Below are positions 26,005-41,685 of a stretch of DNA of 64,000 nt, in pieces. The stretch is from Eledone cirrhosa. Its lineage: Eukaryota. A model generated the notes under the pieces. It was not told the origin of the DNA, did not search any database, and worked only from the letters and a program-made list of their open reading frames with translations. How positions within the stretch are numbered: position 1 is the first letter of the stretch; every line of letters begins with the position of its first letter. Made by a program: the position numbers and the translations under genes. The DNA is taken from positions 100,006,001 to 100,070,000 of the forward strand of contig OZ024746.1 of NCBI GenBank assembly GCA_964016885.1. The letters are read 5' to 3'.

Positions 26005-27758
26005 ATCGTTTAACATATATCTTCCATGCTAACATGGGTTAGACAAGAATTGTCCCACTTGAGACAAGATTGATCAGGTGACCATGTCTCATTCATATAG
26101 GACTGTATCTAGCAGGTTTTCTACAGCCGGATGCCCTTCCTAACACTAACCACATTTACAGTGTAGATTGGGCGCCTTTTTACCATGTCTCCTACATGAC
26201 CACTTTACAGCGTAGACTGTGTGATCTTTTGTCGTGACACCTACACGATCTCGATCTCATTATCTCATTTATTAGGACTGGATGTTGTGGTACCAACTTT
26301 ACAGAGAGAGGGTGGTGTTAGTGAGAGTGGGAGGATAGGGTAGGGGTAGTGGATTGGGGTGTATATTTGGTTAAGAGGTGCCTACTGACTGTAGGTTTCA
26401 CTTTGTACATAGGCAAGGTGTGTCTTCTGTATTACTGCGTAGCGCCAAAGATCTCGGTCCAGTGGCATTGTCTTAGAAAGGTGTAAGTGTGTAAGGTTGG
26501 AATTTATCAAATCGTCCCAGGTTTTTCTGGGTCTACCTACTCCGTAACTACCATCAATTTTAATCGCCCTGCACTTTTTTATACAGCTGTCGTCTTTCAT
26601 GCGCATCACGTCACCATACCAATGTAGTCTTCTCTCAAGTAAACAGCATCTGATCCCTCTTATTCCTAATTTCTCACTTAGTTTATTTATGCTTTGCTAT
26701 TCACGTATATTACTATTACACATCCAACGGAGCATGCATGCTTCATTCCTTTCCAGTCTGCACAGGTCCTCTGCACACAATGCCCATGTCTCACTGCCAT
26801 GTAGCATTGCTGTTCGTATACAGGCATCATACAATCTGCCTTTCATTTTTAGAGAGAAACCTTTTGTGGCCAACACCAGTATAAGCTCTCAGAACTTTTT
26901 CCATCCTGTTCTGACTCTGGCTACTGTACTTTCAGAACACCCTCCACCACTGCTGATCTTGTCTCCCAGGTAACGGAAGCTGTCCACTATTTCTATAGAA
27001 TCCTCTGGGCAATAGAAGGGGCTAGTAACCTGTGGGCACTTGCTACTTATTGCACCTGGGCATCGGCCACATATAAAATCTACATTCTTAGATAGTTTAC
27101 CTGTGATCCCACTACATCTTTTATATACCTTTAGTTTGCATTTGGGACATAAAATGGAATTTCTGCCTACTCCTTTCCTACACACTGAGAATGGCCATTT
27201 CCCTGAGGGCACCTGTGCCCTATTTTCCTTTCTACAAACTAGAACTTTAGTCTTAGAGAAGTTAACTTTAAGGCCTTTTGATTCTAGGCCATGCTACCAT
27301 GTTTGGAATTTCTTCTCTAGTTCAGCCATTGATTCAGCTATGAGCTTTAGATCATCTGCATATAGGAGTTCCCATGGGCAGCCGGTCTTAAACTCCTCTG
27401 TTATAGCCTGGAGGGCAATAATAAATAGGAGGGGGCTAAGGATAGAGCCTTGATGAACACCAACTTTTACACTAAATTCTTCACAATATTCATTGTTAAT
27501 TCTAACCTTACTGACTGTTTCTCTATACATGGCTTTTATAGCTCTCACAAGCCATTCATCTACACCTAGTTTTCTAAGAGCCCACCAGATAATGGAGCGG
27601 GGGACTCTGTCAAAGGCTTTCTCCAGGTCTACAAAAGCTAAGTAGAGGGGTTTACTTTTAGCTAGGCACTTCTCCTGTAGTTGTCGTACAAGGAAAAGGG
27701 TGTCTGTGGTACTTTTACCTGACACAAACCCAAACTGCATTTCATCTAGATCAATTCG

Positions 27759-27762
<4 letters not shown>
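26005..27762 (-). mobile_element. RTE-like LINE (RT to 3' UTR), same family
   Basis: ORFs 27294-27740, 26889-27212 and 26382-26609 (AFVDLEKAFDRV, LLYADDL, FRYLGD). High similarity to the 7.7-kb and 10-11-kb copies. Confidence 0.88.
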
Positions 27763-27809
<47 letters not shown>

Positions 27810-28031
27810 ATAATAATAAATTTGAAGCCTAAAATCCAAAGAGGGCTCGATAAGGATAAATATATATCAAATATATAAGAACACCGTAGAGCAAATATTT
27901 ATTAAATTAACAGATTAAAGTTTAAGCAAAGAATCGCTGCTTTCACCCTTAACGGGGTCTTTTGAAGATCCTGTTGAGGGTAAAAGTAGCAATTCTTTGC
28001 TTAAACTTTAATCTGTTATTTTAATCTGTTA

Positions 28032-28104
<73 letters not shown>

Positions 28105-28142
28105 ATAAATATATACATATATATATATATATATACATATAC

Positions 28143-28196
<54 letters not shown>

Positions 28197-29808
28197 TTAT
28201 ATATATACATATATGTATATATATATATACATTAATATATATGTATATATGTGAGTATGGATAAGAAATTGAAAATTAGTTCTAGTGGGGCTTGAAAATA
28301 AGTATAGATTGGAAATGATATAAAGTTCGAAACTAGAAATATTCAAACAAGAAATTCTCAACCATTAGAAAGTATTAATAAATATTCTGAGTTGCTAAAA
28401 TGAAACAACAGAATAAATAGCTATTTGAAACAGCAGAACAAATAGCTAAGATGAAACACTGAAATAAATAGAGCTAAGATGAAACACCAGAACAAATAGC
28501 TAAGATGAAATACCAAAATAAAATAGCTATTGTTTATGAATATCTTATAGAAGGTATGAATAATTTTGAAGCATAAAACCACTTAATTTGGATTCTGAAA
28601 AGAAATAATCAATGTATACATAAATGGCAAAATACTGTTTGTATTATCTTAATTTCCATTCATTATGTGGCCTCTGAATGAACATCAATTCCTGTTTAAA
28701 TTTGTGTTCATGACTGGGGTTGTGTGTATGTCTATATGACATTGTAATTATTTTCTGCTAATAACATTCTATTCTGATTCTAATCTCAGCTTTCTCATTG
28801 GTTTACAATAGATCAATTATTAAAGGACTAAACTAGTTTAGGAAACGGTTTTTATTTACTGACCTCCTGGAATGCACTGAAGCTGTCATAGAATTATGTG
28901 AGAGCATTCAGAAGAATATATATGATATTGATATAGTTTCACATTCATGGTTTGGTCAGAAAGTCCTCTTCTTCAATGACATGAGATAAATGAATTGACC
29001 AATACTATATATATATTCCCTCCAGCACCACCCTTTCTCTGTTAAGTTATGTTAGTACCACAGAACATCCAGTCCAAACTAAAGAGGTTGGTGTAGGTGT
29101 CACAACAAAAAAGCACCCAGTCCACGCTGTAAAGTGATCATGTAGGAGACATGGTAAAAAGGCTCCCAGTCCACACTGTAAATGTGGTTGGTGCTAGGAA
29201 GGGCATCCAGCTGTAGAAAATCTGGCAGATACAGTTCTATATGAGCGAGACACGGTCACCCAACCAATCTTTCCTCAAGTGGAATAATACCCATCTAACC
29301 CATGCTAGCGTGGAAGATAGACCTTAAACGATGATGATATATATTATAGAAATAGAAGCTTTCACCGTATTTTTGACTAAAGAAATTTTAGCCTGATAAT
29401 GGGGTTTGAAACCCTCTAAAATATGGAAAAGGATGAGTATTGACGTACATATTTGTTTGGCAGGTACACAATCCCTCAAATAGTGATGTTAGTTTAGTGA
29501 GATATACGAAGGTAGGCTGAAAAGCCACCTTGCTCACACTGTAAAGTTGTGTAGGTATCATGACAAAAAGCACCCAGTGCAAACTGTAAATGTGGTTGGC
29601 ATTTGGAAAGGAATCCAGCCATAGAAACCAAGCCAAAATCAGTCCTGGATGAGCAAAACATGTTTTCTGACCTGGTTTGTCTCACAACGGGACAGGTACT
29701 CTAACCCATGCTAGCATGGAAAAATGGACATTAAACGATGGTGATGTTGATGATGAAACCTTGTAGTTTTGTGGATCTAGCAAATATTTGACTTTCCATT
29801 GTTTCAGC

Positions 29809-30011
29809 TACCAGGGTAGGGTCAAAAGTTCATAGGCTGACAATAAAAGAGTGATGTTAGGGTTGTGAAATCTCGCACACATTAATTTCAACTCTTCTTT
29901 TTAATAACAGCATTGTTTTTTTTCCAGGGACTATGTTGAAAAATAAACCTCATTTGGTCATTCCATGAGAGTATCTTGGTCAGCCTATGAACTTCTCAGC
30001 AGGCCATCATA
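29809..30011. mobile_element. Mariner-like MITE
   Basis: Inverted AAGTTCATAGGCTGAC and GTCAGCCTATGAACTT near the two ends. Confidence 0.5.
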
Positions 30012-30206
30012 TTACTATGCCATCTAGGGTATGGTTTTCTAGCTAGGACCAATCACATGGAATCTTTAATAACACTTAATTTCAGACAAAATCACTTTTA
30101 GAGATAAAAAGATTATACAATGTACATATAACATCGTTTTGGTTGGTTTCATCTCCACAAATACCCCCCCCCCCCCCCGCATGCACACATATATATATAT
30201 ATAAAA

Positions 30207-30783
30207 AGAAAATTTCGCTCTGCATGGCTGAATACAATAAATGTAATATTAATGATAACATTCGATTCATTTGCAATTATGCAAACAAGCCTCAATTTTA
30301 TAGCCACGTCAGTAGAATGAACACTTTATTCTTGCTCTTGTGTTGGCATGCAAACAGAACTGCAGACACTAATGTTTCTGGGCATCACTCTTCATCACTA
30401 CAGCTCACTGTTCATCTGCCAAACTGTCAGAGCTAGTGGAAATATATGCTATTTTCAGAGACTGATTGGCCTGATTTACATATTAGCAGACTGGCTGATC
30501 AGTCAGATCTGCATATTAGCAGACTCGCTGATTAGTCAGATCTGCATATTAGCAGATCCACTGATCAGCCAGTTTTGCATATTAGCAGACTGGCCGGTCA
30601 GTTTCCTGTATACGAGCGATAAATGGCCGGCATTGTCAAATTTAAATGCAGTTCTGTCCACATGCCAACACAAGAGTAAGAATAAAGTGTTCATTCTACT
30701 GTCATGGCTATAAAATTGAGGCTTGTTTGCATAATTGCAAATGAATCGAATGTTATTATTAATATTCGAAAAACTCAGATTAC

Positions 30784-30790
<7 letters not shown>
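30207..30790. mobile_element. Same 440-nt HHR family: one minus-strand monomer plus an inverted partial copy
   Basis: About 30207-30646 is reverse-complementary to the 20.7-kb unit. 30647-30790 is a plus-strand partial copy. Confidence 0.7.
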
Positions 30791-30814
<24 letters not shown>

Positions 30815-30815
<1 letters not shown>

Positions 30816-31159
30816 CATCATTTCATCATCATTTCATTTTACGTCTGCTTTTTCCCTGCTTGCAAGGGTGGGACGGGAACTGATTCTGGCTTGATTTCTA
30901 CAGCTGAATGCCCTTCCTAACACCAACCTCATTTACAGTGAGTGCTGGGTGCTTTTTTGCGTGGCACCTCCACGACCACTTTGCAGTGGAATGATAGGGA
31001 TCCCAGTCCCTATCATCTCATTTCTACAGCTGAGTAAACTGGAGCAATGTGAAATAAAGTGTCTTACTCAAGGAAACAACACATCACCCGGTCTGAGAAT
31101 TGAACTCACAACCTTTTGATTGCAAGGCCAATGCTCTAACCACTAAGCCATGTGCCTCC
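30815..31159 (-). mobile_element. tRNA-derived SINE with RTE-like 3' tail (also 4440-4752 +, 15290-15595 -, 39375-39680 +)
   Basis: A box TGGCTTAGTGG and B box GTTCAATTC. CORE-like TCCTTGAGYAAGACACTT. Tail GGTGTTAGGAAGGGCAT.CAGCTGTAGAAA...(GAT)n. Confidence 0.8.
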
Positions 31160-31386
31160 ATCATATATATACATATATATACATATACATACATATACAT
31201 ATATATATATACACATATATATATATACATATATATATATACACATATATATATATACATATATATATATACACATATATATATACATATATATACACAT
31301 ATATATACACATATATATATACATATATATATACACATATATATATACATATATATATACATATATATATATACATATATATATAC

Positions 31387-31473
<87 letters not shown>

Positions 31474-31711
31474 CATATATATATATTAATATAAGCAGAA
31501 CAAGCAAAATTCAACCAATTTTTTAAAATAAATTAAAAAATATAATTTAAATATTTACCTATTCTTATGGCTCTTACCGATCGGTTTTGCCTTGTAAAAC
31601 ACTAGAGACCCAATGGATTTCTAATGGAAAATCAAGGCTCATCAGAGAAGCATTTTCCCTTCCTATATATTTTATCGTTCCTGGGTCTTTAGCCCTAGGA
31701 AGGGAAAATGC

Positions 31712-31790
31712 TTCTCTGATGAGCCTTGATTTTCCATTAGAAATCCATTGGGTCTCTAGTGTTTTACAAGGCGAAACCGATCGGTAAGAG
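31712..31790 (+). ncRNA. Hammerhead ribozyme within a fold-back with 183-bp arms
   Basis: TTCT-CTGATGA-GCCTTG(long loop)CAAGGC-GAAA-CCGATCGG-TA-AGAG, with palindromic stem III. Confidence 0.75.
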
Positions 31791-31979
31791 CCATAAGAAT
31801 AGGTAAATATTTAAATTATATTTTTTAATTTATTTTAAAAGATTGGTTGAATTTTGCTTGTTCTGCTTATATTAATATTATAGTTCTGGTATGTCAAATT
31901 GATACCATAGAACAACCTTAAATCATAGACAACCTATGTATTTCCAGGGGTACTTAGTACCCACGGGCATACTGACTTC

Positions 31980-35236
<3,257 letters not shown>

Positions 35237-37085
35237 ATGGCCAAGAAAACCCACACAGATAGATGGAACGGGTGGACCAGAGCCATACAGACACCCGAAA
35301 ACCACGATGAACTGAAGAAAATGATTGCACATGCGGTAGGGGCCAGCATAAAATTAACCCTTAAGGAACATATGTTCAAATTTAATGGAAAAACATATGC
35401 CCAAGAGGAAGGAGCAGCCATTGGTGTTAGCATTGCAGGCGACATAGCTAACTTATTCATGGTATGGTGGGACAGTAGACTTAAACTTAAACTTAAAGAA
35501 CAATTAGAAGACAGCTTAACCCTGATAATGTACTCCCGCTACGTAGATGATATAAACATCGTAGTTAAGACACCCCCACTAGAGAACAGTCGGGAACTAG
35601 AGAAAAACACAATGGAAAGCATCCAGCAAATAGCAAACTCCATCCACCAGAGCATTAGAGTTACTATAGACTACCCAAGTAGACACCCCAACCATCGATT
35701 ACCTGTACTAGACACAGAGCTCTGGTTAGATACCATTAACAACCAAAAACAAATCCTCCATTCCCATTATGCCAAACCCATGACTTCCAAACATCTGATC
35801 CACCGAAACTCGGCCATTTCGGACCATACCAAAATCAACATACTGATTGCGGATTTGGTACGGGTGATGAGAAATGTGTCCCGCATGTGCAACCCCGAAG
35901 AACTAGAGAGACACATACAACACTTCATCCACCGTATGCAGTTTTCTGGCTACAATCAGAGAGATAGAATCAGAGTGTATAGAGGAGCCAGAACCAAATG
36001 GGAAAAAATGGTAAATAATGACATAAATGGGACCTGCCCCTTGTATAGGAGCAAATTTTGGAATAGAATAGAAAGAACTAGTAACAAGGCCAATAGAATA
36101 AACTCATGGTATGATAGCAATAAATACCAGAGTGTAATGTTCATCAATACAACCCCTAGAGGCGAACTAGCCTACAAATTTAGAAGGGCCCTAAATAAAC
36201 ATAAACTCAATATTAAGATAGTAGAAAGACCAGGTACCTCCGTAAAAACACTTATTAGCAAGACATACCTGTTCCAAAGACCCTCATGTATAGATAAGAA
36301 ATGTATATCCTGTAAAATAAGCCCCCATATTAACTATAAAACTAGAAATGTAGTGTATAGCATAAGATGTTCTGAAGGACAATGTAGAAACAAAAATATA
36401 GTGTACATAGGTGAGACAGCTCGTAGTATAGGGGAACGGATAAATGAACACTGGCGAGACCTTCAAGATAATAAAGAATCATCTGTACTCTACCAACATG
36501 CTAAGATAGAACACAAGGGTAAATTAGAGAACATAGAAATAAAAATAGAATCCACACACAGAAAAGATGCAATGTTTAGGCAAATTACAGAGGCAGTAAG
36601 CATAAAAGAATTACAACCAAAATTAAATAGAAAATATGAGTGGAACAGCAACATCACAACTTACAATTAAGGACAAAATGAAAACACACACACACATAGA
36701 ACAAACAACCAACCAACAACATGTAAATAAATAAACAAATAGATAAATGAACACAAACACACACAGACACCCGGATGTGGCGCATGCGCAAACTGAGCAC
36801 ACAACACACACACAGAAACAAAATGGCGTAGGACAGAAGAAAGGAAAGGCACAGAAACAAAGAAAGGAATCCCCAGTCACTGAAGATGTCACAGAATGTG
36901 TGACGAAAGGACTATGACTATATATAAACAACTATCTGGTTGTGGAACCAACCAACCAACCAGAAATTTATAAGTTTGTAGATTTGTAAATTTATAAATT
37001 TATAAATATATAATAAATTGAAGTGAAAGCAACTGGTGCGTGTGTTTCTTATTGGCAACATGACCCTCCCAAAGTATAACAATAT
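35237..37085 (+). mobile_element. Penelope-like element, inverted shorter copy with uninterrupted RT-thumb-GIY-YIG frame
   Basis: ORF 35210..36670 (YVDD, GIY-YIG). Near-identical reverse complement of 32094-33941. Confidence 0.92.
36875..36919 (+). ncRNA. Minimal type I hammerhead ribozyme in PLE 3' pseudo-LTR
   Basis: AGTCA-CTGAAGA-t-GTCACA(gaatg)TGTGAC-GAAA-GGAC-TA-TGACT: stem I, CUGANGA core, stem II, GAAA, short stem III, UH. HHRs in pLTRs are established for PLEs. Confidence 0.75.
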
Positions 37086-37139
37086 CGGTTTCAACACACG
37101 ATTTCAGATAAAGAATCTTGCTAAACAAATTCAGAAACG

Positions 37140-37226
<87 letters not shown>

Positions 37227-37266
37227 TATATACATATATATATATATACTTATATATATATATATA

Positions 37267-37341
<75 letters not shown>

Positions 37342-37936
37342 TCGCTGAATTTAGATTTGTATTAATCTCCCGTGTCTTACAATTAACCTGTTAATAATGT
37401 TATTGACAGGTTAATTGCATAAGTTTATACTAAAAACTACACGGTTGAGTGCTTATTCAATTTGTGCTATTTCTACAATTTTTTGCACATACTGAATTCA
37501 TTTGCCAAAATCTGGGGTTTTTCCCCTTGTGAATTCCACATGTGCTTTTACGCGTGTCATTCACAAATTTGGTACAGAGCAAAATACCTGTTGATAACGT
37601 GATATTCCTTGTTCGATCATTATACCTAAAGCTTATAATTTTAAGCCGACAATATTTTGATTTAGGGTCATAGAAACCCTGCATTTGGATTTTAACATTA
37701 ATTCCAAAGGGTCCAGGCCTTTATCATTTATTTTGTTTTGACCTGTTTAGCTTGATTTGCTCTTTGGCTTAGGTGGTTGATGCTTTCTTGACCACTTTTT
37801 CAGTTTTGTATGGCGTTTTAACATATTGTTTAGCTCTGGTTCTTTAACTATGGAACGATTGCCAGCATAACTCTGATATTGCGTTTCGTTTCGCCTTTTC
37901 TACCCGCCGAAATGCGATTCTTGCTGAATTTATATT

Positions 37937-37983
<47 letters not shown>

Positions 37984-38113
37984 TAAGTATTTCCGTGGAA
38001 AAGGTGCAGGAAAGAAGAGTGCTCTATGAATAGTACAGAGCTATTTGATTATGTAATAAACAACACAATATATTCCATGGAATAATTATATTGTGTTGTT
38101 TATTACATAATTA

Positions 38114-38171
<58 letters not shown>

Positions 38172-38472
38172 ATTGAATATATAAATAATGAGCCCCTATT
38201 TTGAATATATATATATACAAGGATCGGAATTAGAGTATTCCACAGTTCACAGTAATAATAATATTAGCTCAAAGAAGAACAGAGAATTTTCAACTGAGCT
38301 CAAATACAAATATATGACACAGAGAGAAGTGTGTTACACAGTGAGATGTGTGTTACACAGTGAGATGTGTGTAAAGAATTATTACATGTGAGTTTAACCG
38401 TTACTGTATGGAAAACAACACCTACAGGTTAGCAATTAAATAGAAAGAACACTAGGTCAGAATCAAACTCAC

Positions 38473-38538
<66 letters not shown>

Positions 38539-38587
38539 CATGTAAGAAACGGAGAATCAGTGGTGCGACGAATTAAAATTTATTAGA

Positions 38588-38678
38588 CATATTACAATTG
38601 TTTCTCTGGCGACCAGCTCGAGGCACGATCGATGCAATGATCGAACTTGACTCTGAAATCGCAAGATCCTCAGATACG
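38588..38678 (-). ncRNA. Hammerhead ribozyme within a fold-back
   Basis: Minus strand: CGTAT-CTGAGGA-TCTTGCGA(loop)TCGCCAGA-GAAA-CAATTG-TA-ATATG. Confidence 0.72.
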
Positions 38679-38827
38679 CATCGATCGTACCTCGAGCTGG
38701 TCGCCAGAGAAACAATTGTAATATGTCTAATAAATTTTAATTCGTCGCACCACTGATTCTCCATTTCTTATGTGATATTATACTCTGCTCTGCAAGAACA
38801 TCGAGTGCTCAAACGGCCTACCGCACG

Positions 38828-39295
38828 GGTTAGATGGGTTTTTCCCATTAGAGGCAAATTGGTTTGAGTGATCGTGTCTCGCTCATATAGATCTGTTTCT
38901 GGATGGTTTTCTATGGCCGGATGCCCTTCCTAACACCAACCACAATTTACAGTGTGGGATGGATGTTCTGTGATACCAACAAAACTTTACAGAGTAAGGG
39001 TGGTGTGGGTGAAAGTGGGATGGTGGTGTAGGGGTATGGAGGTGTATATTGGATTAAGAGGTGCCTGCTGAGTGTATGTTTAAGTCCATGTGCAAGGGAA
39101 GGTCTTCTGTATTACTGCATAGCACCAAAGCTCTCAATCCTGTGTCTTTGAGAGCTGCAAGTGTGCATGGTTAGCTTTTATCACCTCACCCCAGGACTCT
39201 CTGGGTCTTCCTATTCCATATCTTCCATCAATTTTGATCCCCCTGCACTTTTTTATACAACTGTCATCCTTCAGACGCATCACATGACCATACCA
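38828..39295 (-). mobile_element. Older 3' fragment of the same RTE-like LINE
   Basis: Sequence similarity to 26030-26620 (WYGHVMR region and 3' UTR). Confidence 0.6.
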
Positions 39296-39325
39296 TCACG
39301 TAGGATATATTAAAAAACTTATTTT

Positions 39326-39376
<51 letters not shown>

Positions 39377-39884
39377 GCACATGGCTTAGTGGTTTCAGAC
39401 CGGGTGATGTGTTGTTTCCTTGAGCAAGACACTTTATTTCACATTGCTCCAGTTTACTCAGCTGTAGAAATGAGATGATAGGGACTGGGGTCCCTATCAT
39501 TCCACTGCAAAGTGGTCGTGGAGGTGCCGCGGAAAAAAGCACCCAGCACTCACTGTAAATGAGGTTGGTGTTAGGAAGGGCATCCAGATGTAGAAATCAA
39601 GCCACAATCAGTTCCCGTCCCACCCTTGCAAGCAGGGAAAAGTGGACGTAAAATGATGATGATGATGATGATGATGATATATTGTTGAGTATAGAAATGG
39701 TTTCTGGAGGACTAGAACTGTTTAATTCAAAAGAACTCATCAGGAAAGCCCTTTCCTGGTGTTTTCTTTTGAATGAAACAGTTCTAGTCCTGTAGAAGCC
39801 ATTTCTGTATTAAACATGATTTTACACTCTACTATTGAGTACTTTACTAACTGTGGTTACACCCGATTGAACCTGCGACTCATG

Positions 39885-39918
<34 letters not shown>

Positions 39919-39922
39919 TATA

Positions 39923-40370
39923 CAGTGTATCCCCAGCATTTGTGGTCCCAGTTATTCGTGGAATTTTCCTTAGAGCCTAACTAACAGTTGTTCATGGAAA
40001 CCACAACATATTCGCGGAATCGTAAATATCTTCCATGATTTCTTAAAGGCGTTTTTTGTGGTAATATATGTTTTTAATGCTAAATTATCAATAAAAATAT
40101 ACTGTATTTGCTGGCCTATTGCCCCCCCCCCCCTTTCACATAAGATGCTCTCTCTCTTGTTTTATTATATTTTACATTATGTTGAGTCGTCAAGTATGAA
40201 ATGTGTAGAAATTTGTTTTTTTTTGCTACAAATTTCTACAAATCTCATACTTGACGACCCAATATTTTGACGTTTATAGTCATTTTTATGGACCACATCC
40301 AATCTTCCATGTTTTTCAGTCTTCGCGCTGCTCCAGGAACGTAACCCCCGTGAATACCGGGGGACAACTG
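39923..40370. mobile_element. Tigger/pogo-like MITE hosting a nested mariner-type MITE
   Basis: TA-CAGTGTATCCCCAGCATTTG ... GAATACCGGGGGACAACTG-TA imperfect TIRs. Confidence 0.55.
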
Positions 40371-40872
40371 TATATATACATATGATTCGCTGATATATTT
40401 TTTAATGCATCTAAATAGTAGAATTTGCTTATCAATATTATATGTCGACTTCAGTTCTTTTGTGATGCATGATTGTTGTTGATTAAACCTAGAGTTTTCT
40501 TCTTCTTCTTCTTCTTCTTCTTCTTCCTGAGAAAGTCATGGTGGCAGAGTCCAAAAACACTCCTTCCAAACATCTTGCTCAGGGTCTACCAATGGGTCTC
40601 TTGCTGGTTTTGCCAGCAAAATCGTTTCAGTGATTCTTTTTCTGAGTTATTCTAACCACATGCCCATAGTATTAGAGCTATGATCTCTCAATTTAGAGAA
40701 GTAGCAGCTCTACCTGGAGTAACTCTTTCTTTTCCGAGCTATGCACTCTACTGAGTAACGTTACTCCAAAGACCCTTCGGAGGAACCTGATTTCTTTTTC
40801 TGCCTTTGTAATATTTTTTCACAAACAACCCAATCATTCAGTATTCTTTATATGGTTAGATACAAGTGGTGA

Positions 40873-41685
40873 ATTGGCAGAGCCTGTTAGAACGTCACAT
40901 TGAATGGCAGAGCCTGTTAGAACGTCAGATAGAATAGCAGAGCCTGTTAGAACGTCAGATAGAATGGCAGAGCCTGTTAGAACGTCAGATTGAATGGCAG
41001 AGCCTGTTAGAACGTCACATTGAATGGCAGAGCCTGTTAGAACGTCACATTGAATGGCAGAGCCTGTTAGAACGTCAGATAGAATGGCAGAGCCTGTTAG
41101 AACGTCAGATTGAATGGCAGAGCCTGTTAGAACGTCACATTGAATGGCAGAGCCTGTTAGAACGTCAGATTGAATGGCAGAGCCTGTTAGAAAGTCAGAT
41201 AGAATGGCAGAGCCTGTTAGAACGTCAGATTGAATGGCAGAGCCTGTTAGAACGTCAGATAGAATGGCAGAGCCTGTTAGAACGTCACATTGAATGGCAG
41301 AGCCTGTTAGAACGTCACATTGAATGGCAGAGCCTGTTAGAACGTCAGATAGAATGGCAGAGCCTGTTAGAACGTCACATTGAATGGCAGAGCCTGTTAG
41401 AACGTCAGATTGAATGGCAGAGCCTGTTAGAACGTCAGATAGAATGGCAGAGCCTGTTAGAACGTCAGATTGAATGGCAGAGCCTGTTAGAACGTCAGAT
41501 AGAATGGCAGAACCTGTTAGAACGTCACATTGAATGGCAGAGCCTGTTAGAACGTCACATTGAATGGCAGAGCCTGTTAGAACGTCAGATAGAATGGCAG
41601 AGCCTGTTAGAACGTCAGATAGAATGGCAGAGCCTGTTAGAACGTCAGATAGAATGGCAGAGCCTGTTAGAACGTCAGATTGAAT
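40873..41685. repeat. 30-bp minisatellite (about 27 copies) derived from a SINE head
   Basis: Unit GAATGGCAGAGCCTGTTAGAACGTCASATW, continuing into a SINE body at 41686-41810. Confidence 0.95.

Noticed and set aside
30245-30765. DNA transposon (MITE) with 120-bp TIRs
   Set aside because: Other family copies are head-to-tail or 5'-inverted rather than TIR-bounded. The arms are asymmetric and the unit carries an HHR.
31085-31159. tRNA gene
   Set aside because: A and B boxes are present, but the sequence runs into a multi-copy SINE body without a complete cloverleaf.
31084-31526. YI-, HT- and CV-rich ORFs (also 14515-15364, 37036-37365 and 56224-57683)
   Set aside because: These are dinucleotide microsatellite artefacts.
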